Below are positions 58,406 through 64,000 of a DNA stretch of 64,000 nt, in pieces (position 1 is the first letter of the stretch; each line of letters opens with the position of its first letter). The notes under the pieces are model-generated. The model searched no databases, had not been told where the DNA came from, and worked only from the letters and a program-made list of their open reading frames with translations. Origin of the DNA: Salinibacter ruber DSM 13855 (GTDB lineage Bacteria > Bacteroidota > Rhodothermia > Rhodothermales > Salinibacteraceae); the NCBI RefSeq assembly GCF_000013045.1, contig NC_007677.1, forward strand, positions 3,096,203 to 3,160,202. The letters run 5' to 3'. Position numbers and translations under genes: made by a program.

Positions 58406-59107
58406 TCACACCCCGATCGCGCCCGACAAGGCGACCAGCTCTAGGTAGGGCGCCACGAGCCCCATTCCCGTTCCCGCCGCGGCCTGGGCCGGGGTGTGGG
58501 CCCGGCTCCGCACACGCGCCCAAAGCACGAGCCCCGTCAGGCCCGCCCCGCCGGCCAGCACGGCGGCTCCTGCAGGGCCCGCATCGAGGACCCGCCCGGG
58601 CACATGCCTGTGAACGAACGCGAGGGTCGACACCGCCCCGGCCACCGACGCGCAGTGCACCGAGATTTTCCAGCGGGTGGTAATGAGAACGAGGAGGGTC
58701 GTGTTGAGGGCGTGGCACGCCACCAGCGCCGCCAGCAGCCCCCGCCCCGCGACGTCGATCCCGAGCACCACGGCCAGCGCCGCTCCGTTGGCCCCCAGCG
58801 CCACGAGGAACGGCTCGGTGCGCTTCGTCCGGTCCCGGATCTCCAGCGACGCAATCCGCCCCTGCAGCCGCATCCCGCCCACGTACACGAGCGGCACCAC
58901 GGACAAAAACACGAGCCCAATCCCCGCCCCCCACGCGACGCCGGCCCACGACGCCCCCACGTGGGCCAGCACCAGTCCGTATACCAGCGGGGGCAGGGCG
59001 AGGGGGCTCACCACGTAACTCACGGCCACCGCCGCCCACAGGCCAACCCCGCCGGGCGCATCGGTCTGGGAGGCAGCGGGATTGGGGAGCGGGTTGGGGG
59101 GCGACAT
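58406..59107 (-). CDS. Hypothetical polytopic membrane protein
   Basis: Six or seven hydrophobic segments. No confident family assignment; PAP2-like was considered but the motifs are not clear. Confidence 0.45.
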   Translation of the reverse strand: MSPPNPLPNPAASQTDAPGGVGLWAAVAVSYVVSPLALPPLVYGLVLAHVGASWAGVAWGAGIGLVFLSVVPLVYVGGMRLQGRIASLEIRDRTKRTEPFLVALGANGAALAVVLGIDVAGRGLLAALVACHALNTTLLVLITTRWKISVHCASVAGAVSTLAFVHRHVPGRVLDAGPAGAAVLAGGAGLTGLVLWARVRSRAHTPAQAAAGTGMGLVAPYLELVALSGAIGV

Positions 59108-59143
59108 ATGCCTACGTTGGCGGAATTCCGGGCGATCGGGACG

Positions 59144-60355
59144 CTACATTAACACCACGGCCGCGAGGGCGAGCAGAATGAATCCAATCAGCAGCATAAT
59201 TGAATACACGAGCAGCAGGAGGAACGCCTTGATCGTCGACTTGATGAGTCCTTGCTCGTAGACGTGCCCCATCGCGACGACGAGGTACAGGAGGGGCGCT
59301 AGTTCCACCCAGGTCGCGGCGGTCTGGACCCACGGGGCCTCGACCTCGCCGAGCAGGATCCCGACGGTGAAGGCGAAAAAGGCGAACGCATGCAGGTGGA
59401 GACTGAAGATGAGGTGCTCCACGTAGAGACGCCCCCGCCGGATGTAGAGCAGCTTGAGGAGAAAGGCAAAGACGGGCAGCATAAGGAACATGACGTAGGG
59501 CCCCCGATCAATCATGCCCCCGATCAGGTCTCGGGGGTTCCGGATGGCCTCGGCCACCTTTGCTCGGAGGAGCGGCTCGAGACGCGCCTGGGTCTCCGCC
59601 CCCCCAAACAGCACATCCACCGTGCCCGGATTTTGCCGAAACGACCGCGCCCACCGCTCGCGCTGCTCGGGACTGCCAAAGAACCAGGGCGCCGAGGCCA
59701 CTGCGGTCGTGTCCATCCCGGCCATCCCCGTCTCCACCTGGACCGTGTCCGCCTGCGCGGGCGACATCTGCGGATTGAAGGGCACCTGCACCCCGCCTCC
59801 GGCGGTGAGGGCGAGCACGGTAAACAGGACGAACGTGGTAAATAGGTACAGCCGGAAGGGGCGGATGTAGCGCTTGCGCCGCCCGTTGATGTACTCCTTC
59901 GTGAGCCGGCCGGGCAGGAACAGGAATTTGGGCAGGGTCCAGAGTACCCGCATGTCGAGCTCAATGACGGCCTCCAACGCCTCATTGAGCATGTGCCAGA
60001 GGGGCACGACCCGTTCCGCAGCCTTCTGCCCGCACTGCGAACAGTACGGCCCGTGCAGGAGCGCGCCGCAGTTCTCACACTGGTCTTCGGGGGCCCCGGA
60101 CGAAGGCGATGTGCCCGAGTCGGTCGGGGCGGACGCCGACTCGGAGGGCGGGGGCTCCTGCGGATCCGCCGCCTCCACGTCCGGCTCCTCGTCGAGGTCG
60201 GCCATCGCCTCGATCTGCGCCAGGGCGTCCTCGGCCGCGGCCCGGGCTTCGTCCGGGTCCGATGCGGCCTGTCCGGACGGGGCCTCGTCGCCGGGGCCTC
60301 CCAGGGGATCGTCTTCGGGACGGCCGGACTCAGAGCCGAGCGGCGGGGCGCTCAT
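59144..60355 (-). CDS. DUF3667-domain protein (zinc-ribbon plus membrane domain)
   Basis: CENCGALLHGPYCSQCGQK zinc ribbon, then YINGRRKRYIRPFRLYLFTTFVLF and further TM helices typical of DUF3667. Asp/Glu/Pro-rich N-terminus. Confidence 0.65.
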   Translation of the reverse strand: MSAPPLGSESGRPEDDPLGGPGDEAPSGQAASDPDEARAAAEDALAQIEAMADLDEEPDVEAADPQEPPPSESASAPTDSGTSPSSGAPEDQCENCGALLHGPYCSQCGQKAAERVVPLWHMLNEALEAVIELDMRVLWTLPKFLFLPGRLTKEYINGRRKRYIRPFRLYLFTTFVLFTVLALTAGGGVQVPFNPQMSPAQADTVQVETGMAGMDTTAVASAPWFFGSPEQRERWARSFRQNPGTVDVLFGGAETQARLEPLLRAKVAEAIRNPRDLIGGMIDRGPYVMFLMLPVFAFLLKLLYIRRGRLYVEHLIFSLHLHAFAFFAFTVGILLGEVEAPWVQTAATWVELAPLLYLVVAMGHVYEQGLIKSTIKAFLLLLVYSIMLLIGFILLALAAVVLM

Positions 60356-60372
60356 GGGGGCCGAGCGAAACG

Positions 60373-60408
60373 TGTGCGTGAACTCGGGAATTCGTTATTA
60401 TTCACGCA
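60373..60408 (-). terminator. Candidate intrinsic terminator downstream of proS
   Basis: Perfect 9-bp stem gtgcgtgaa/ttcacgcac with an 18-nt loop. On the minus strand it is followed by cacguuucgcu (a short U-stretch), 100 bp past the proS stop. Confidence 0.4.
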
Positions 60409-60508
60409 CGACGCCCGCAAATGTTACAGCCGGGCACCGCGTATGTCGTATTGCGTGTGTCCTCTCGTCGCCACCTCATCACGCAATACGCGTTGCGCAA
60501 TACGAAAA

Positions 60509-61980
60509 TCAGTACGCCTGCGCGAAGAGCACGCGGCCCTCGGACGGCTCGCCCGTGAGCATGTCTTCTCCCTCCTCGTGGTCCTCGCGGTCGAAGGGGA
60601 TGAGGCGGATGGTCGCGGAGGTCTCCTCCTGAATGCGCGCCTCGGTCTCCGGCGTGCCGTCCCAATGGGCCCAGGCGAAGCCGCCACGCCCGATGACCTC
60701 GCGGAACGCGTCGTAGTCCTCGACGACGCGGGTGTTGTCCGCCTGCCGGTCTTGGGCCCGTTCGTGGAGGGCGTGCTGAATGTCGTCGAGCGTGTCGGAC
60801 ACGCGCTCCGCGATGCCGTCCTGCGGCACCACCTCCTTCTCCTGCGTGTCGCGACGGGCCATCTCCACGTTGTCGTTCTCCAGGTCGCGCGGCCCGATGG
60901 CGAGGCGGAGCGGCACGCCGCGCAGCTCGTGCTCGCTGAAGCGCCAGCCCGGGCTCTGCGTGTGGTTCTGATCCATCTTCACGCGGATGCCGTGGTCCTC
61001 CAGCCTCTCCTGCAGGCGCTCGCACGTCTCCATCACCGGCCCCTCCTGGTCGTCGTCGAAGAAGAGGGGCACGATCACGACCTGATGCGGCGCCAGCTTG
61101 GGGGGCAGCACGAGGCCCTGGTCGTCGGAGTGGGTCATGATGAGGCCCCCGATCAGCCGGGTCGACACGCCCCACGAGGTGGCCCACACGTACTCCTCTT
61201 CGTTGTCCTCATTGGTGAACGTACAGTCGAACGCCTTCGCAAAGTTCTGGCCCAGGAAGTGGCTCGTGCCGGCCTGCAGCGCCTTCCCGTCCTGCATCAT
61301 CGCCTCGATGCAGTAGGTGTCCACCGCCCCCGGGAAGCGCTCGCTCTCCGTCTTCCGCCCCTGGAGCACCGGCATCGCCATATACTCCTCGGCGAACGTG
61401 GTGTAGACATCGAGCATCCGCTCGGCCTCCTCGACCGCCTCCGTCTCCGTGGCGTGGGCGGTATGCCCCTCCTGCCACAGAAACTCGGCGGTGCGCAGGA
61501 AGAGGCGCGGCCGCATCTCCCACCGGACGACGTTGGCCCACTGGTTGTAGAGCAGCGGCAGGTCGCGGTACGACTGGATCCACTTCGAGTACGTGTCCCA
61601 GATGATCGTCTCGGAGGTGGGGCGCACGATGTAGTTCTCGCCCAGCTCCGACTCCGGGTCGGGGACCAGGTCGCCCTCTTCGTCCTGCGTGAGGCGGGAG
61701 TGGGTTACCACCGCGCACTCCTTCGCGAAGCCCTCCACGTGCTCCGCCTCCCGCTCCATGTAGCGCTCCGGGATGAAGAGCGGAAAGTAGTAGTTCTGGT
61801 GGCCCGTGTCCTTGAACATCTGGTCCAGCTGGTCGCGCATGTTTTCCCAGAGGGCCATGCCGTTGGGCTTGATGATCATGCACCCACGGGCGGGGGAGTT
61901 CTCGGCCAGCTGACCGTTGCGCACGACGTCCTGGTACCACTGCGAGTAGTCTTCATCACGGGGCGTGACTGCGTCTGCCA
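60509..61980 (-). CDS. proS: Proline--tRNA ligase (archaeal/eukaryotic-type class II ProRS)
   Basis: Class II motifs and ProRS-specific blocks ([51 protein letters not shown]-terminal zinc-binding domain ending ...AY). ATG at 61980 ([12 protein letters not shown]). Confidence 0.9.
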
Positions 61981-62396
61981 TGTCGTCGGGGCGTTGGGGA
62001 CCGGTAAAAAACGAGCGACGGACACTTGAGGCGACGCACGTCGGCCGCCGTTTTGGGTGTCGATGTTGCAGGTCTGAATATAGGAATGCCACTCCACAGA
62101 TATCAACGGGCCGGGGCGGTGTTCACGGCGATCGCATTTTGGGCCGGGGGTCGGGGCAACGCTCGTAGAACCCGCTCCCCCCCCGCGGTCACGGCCCCTC
62201 CCGACCGGTTTTGTTACTTTCGAGTCGGTCTCTACGACTATACAGGGCGAAGCCCTCCAACCAAAAGTTCTGGGACCTCGTGCCTCCGCGTGACGAGACA
62301 AGCAATCCGGCGTCCCCGCTGCAACTTTTGGCGTTCTGCGACGTGTTATCATTCCCAAACGCTTTAACAACCCCCTGCGGCTGAAGGTGTCCCACT

Positions 62397-63788
62397 ATGG
62401 CATACGTTGATTGGTCTCGCCCCTCCACACCGCGCCACGTAGGCGTTCTTCTCATCCTTAGCGTTCTGGCCGTTGGCCTCACGGGCTGTTACACCCAACT
62501 GAAGACGGTGGACGCGCCGGATCGGCAGCCGCGCGCCGAGCAGACGCAGACGCGCACGCAGCAGTACGCCGACGAGTACCGGCGCGAAGACCGCCGGGGG
62601 GCCCGTCGGCAGACCGAGACGCACAGGACCGAACGCTACGAATACAACTACCACTTTTATGACCGGGGCGTGACGTACAGCGGCCTGCACTACGATCCCT
62701 TCTTTCACGATCCCTTTTTCCACCATCCGTACGGCTCCTCGTTTTCGCTTTCCTTCCGTTTTGGAACGCCGTACGTTTCCGTCCGGCCGCGGTACTACCG
62801 GTCCTTTTATCTCGACCCATTCGGGCGCCCTCTGTACGGGTACCGATATGGCGCATTCTCCTCTTTCGGGCCCGCCTACGGGCTGAGCTACGGCAGCCCG
62901 TATCCTGCAGGTACGTCGGAGGAGGCAACCGGGGGCCGAGACTACCGCCCGCGGGGAGGAACCGTCGGACGAAGCGCCTCGGGCGCCGACCGACGGGGCA
63001 CGCGATCACGGAACGGCCGCCGGGCAGTCGTCACCCGCCGTGCCGAGTCCGACGGCCGCATTGGTCGTCGTCCGTCGGACCGGCGTGAGGCACGTCGCGC
63101 AAGATCGAGCCGCACCGAACGAGGGCGACGCGCGCGCTCGCCGCGAAGCGACCGGGCCCGGTCGTCGCGCGGACGCATCGGCCGCCGCACCATAGACCGG
63201 GACCGTACGGTTCGGGGTCGGTCTTCTCGAAGCCGCTCGCGTGACGCTCGGCGAAGCCGGCGGGCCGACGACGCGGGGGCACGACGGTCCAGCCGTTCCT
63301 CGAACCGGGACGCCCGCCGCCAGGCGCGACGGCGGTCCTCAGACTCAGGCAACAGGCGCGCACGGTCGGGCCGGCAGTCGGACCGCGAGGGCTCCCGATC
63401 GAGCCGCGGCTCCCGCTCCGACGAGGACGGAGAAAGACGACTGCTCCTGGATCGTTACACCCCAGATCGCCTTGACACCGACCGCTACGAGCAAAAGCGG
63501 AAACGCCTCCGGCAGGAGCGACGGCTGTCCCATCGCACGCTGAACTGGGCCCCCCCTGAGTCCGAGACCGTCGGCTTCTCCGATCGGGCCGATCCGTTCT
63601 CGTTTGAGCGCTCCCGGTCCGTGAACCGCTCCCGGTCGCGGTCAACCTCTCGGTCGTCACGGTCGTCCTCTCGCGCCGAATCGTCGCGCTCCGATCGCTC
63701 GTCTTCGGCCTCCCGGGGCTCGCGGTCCTCCCGTTCGGACCGTGGGGAATCAAGCCGGAGCAGCCGGAGTGACGAGGACGACCAGTAG
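62397..63788 (+). CDS. Lipoprotein with aromatic/Pro-rich N-terminal domain and a long Arg/Ser(Asp)-rich low-complexity tail
   Basis: Signal peptide plus lipobox (VLAVGLTGCYT) and a Tyr/Phe/Pro-rich about 170-aa region (YDPFFHDPFFHHPYGSS...). The following roughly 290 aa are dominated by RS, RR and SR dipeptides encoded by varied codons. Whether the whole tail is translated is uncertain. Confidence 0.55.
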   Translation: MAYVDWSRPSTPRHVGVLLILSVLAVGLTGCYTQLKTVDAPDRQPRAEQTQTRTQQYADEYRREDRRGARRQTETHRTERYEYNYHFYDRGVTYSGLHYDPFFHDPFFHHPYGSSFSLSFRFGTPYVSVRPRYYRSFYLDPFGRPLYGYRYGAFSSFGPAYGLSYGSPYPAGTSEEATGGRDYRPRGGTVGRSASGADRRGTRSRNGRRAVVTRRAESDGRIGRRPSDRREARRARSSRTERGRRARSPRSDRARSSRGRIGRRTIDRDRTVRGRSSRSRSRDARRSRRADDAGARRSSRSSNRDARRQARRRSSDSGNRRARSGRQSDREGSRSSRGSRSDEDGERRLLLDRYTPDRLDTDRYEQKRKRLRQERRLSHRTLNWAPPESETVGFSDRADPFSFERSRSVNRSRSRSTSRSSRSSSRAESSRSDRSSSASRGSRSSRSDRGESSRSSRSDEDDQ

Positions 63789-63869
63789 TCCACCTCGCAG
63801 CCGGGACGGCGGCCCCGCCCCGGCTCCTCGGCCCCCAGACCTGCTCTGTCACACAGCAACACCCGATCT

Positions 63870-64000
63870 ATGTCGACGCGGTCGTTTTGCTCTCGGCTCC
63901 TCCTGCTCTTTCTCGTTGGCCTTGTCGGGGGGGGGCCCGCCATCGCCGCCGCACAGACAGCGGATGATGCGTACCGCTTCTCCAATCGGTTTCCGGCGGT
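63870..64000 (+). CDS. 5' end of a gene for a secreted protein (truncated by the window edge)
   Basis: ATG at 63870 gives MSTRSFCSRLLLLFLVGLVGGGPAIAAAQTADDAY, a signal peptide. Confidence 0.35.
   Translation, partial: MSTRSFCSRLLLLFLVGLVGGGPAIAAAQTADDAYRFSNRFPA

Noticed and set aside
59993-62029. 678-aa ORF on the + strand
   Set aside because: Antisense to proS and DUF3667. Composition is Arg/Leu/Gly/Val-rich with no motifs, whereas the opposite strand has unmistakable ProRS class II blocks.
1-64000. Scan for tRNA, tmRNA, rRNA, CRISPR repeats, transposase/integrase genes
   Set aside because: No GTTCGA(A/T)TCC T-loop contexts were seen in intergenic regions, no regularly spaced direct repeats, and no transposase, integrase or recombinase-like ORFs. 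None were found by eye; a covariance-model scan would be needed to be definitive.

Overview
This is a high-GC (about 66%), gene-dense bacterial chromosomal segment with roughly 53 protein-coding genes. I found no rRNA, tRNA, CRISPR array or obvious mobile element. Very acidic proteins, a sensory-rhodopsin/transducer pair and Bacteroidetes-type enzymes (long NagB-II, archaeal-type ProRS, DUF1080) suggest a halophilic Salinibacter/Rhodothermota-like organism. That taxonomic call is inference from composition and gene content only.

Main contents, left to right:
- Two convergent OmpR-family response regulators, then RtcB, MnmA, RidA and a cell-wall amidase.
- An ECF sigma / anti-sigma / periplasmic coiled-coil protein operon, then RadA.
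- An MlaE-MlaF-MlaD-like lipid-transport operon plus a DUF445 protein.
- A WS/DGAT (wax ester/TAG synthase), phasin-like and SCP2-like neutral-lipid trio.
- A photosensory island: sensory rhodopsin plus Htr transducer, flanked by three paralogous multi-PAS sensor histidine kinases and an HDOD protein.
- Two tandem SPFH/flotillin-like genes, a CDA-fold deaminase, Dus, a PLDc_N protein, an NPP phosphodiesterase, and an ABC ATPase plus membrane protein.
- A second ECF sigma / anti-sigma pair with a hypothetical downstream gene.
- A periplasmic sugar-oxidation cluster: GMC oxidoreductase with a Tat small subunit, NagB-II, two xylose-isomerase-like TIM barrels, two Gfo/Idh/MocA oxidoreductases (one frameshifted) and a DUF1080 hydrolase, followed by ArsR and a TonB-dependent receptor.
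- DUF3667, ProS, and a lipoprotein with an Arg/Ser-rich tail.

The strongest observation: a roughly 380-bp, about 99%-identical inverted repeat lies inside two of the histidine-kinase genes and brackets the rhodopsin/Htr pair. Recombination across it would swap the kinases' sensor and output halves in frame, a candidate domain-shuffling inversion switch.

Other points are a likely oxidative 3-keto-glycoside cleavage locus, a single-base frameshift in a G-run in one of its oxidoreductases, overlapping palindromes in the rhodopsin leader, an unusually long (665-bp) non-coding gap, and the RS-repeat lipoprotein. The ORF track marks some TTG/GTG starts as M, so where an ATG start was evident I used it; start positions remain uncertain to within tens of codons. 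Many long ORFs antisense to real genes are GC-rich artefacts and were not called.
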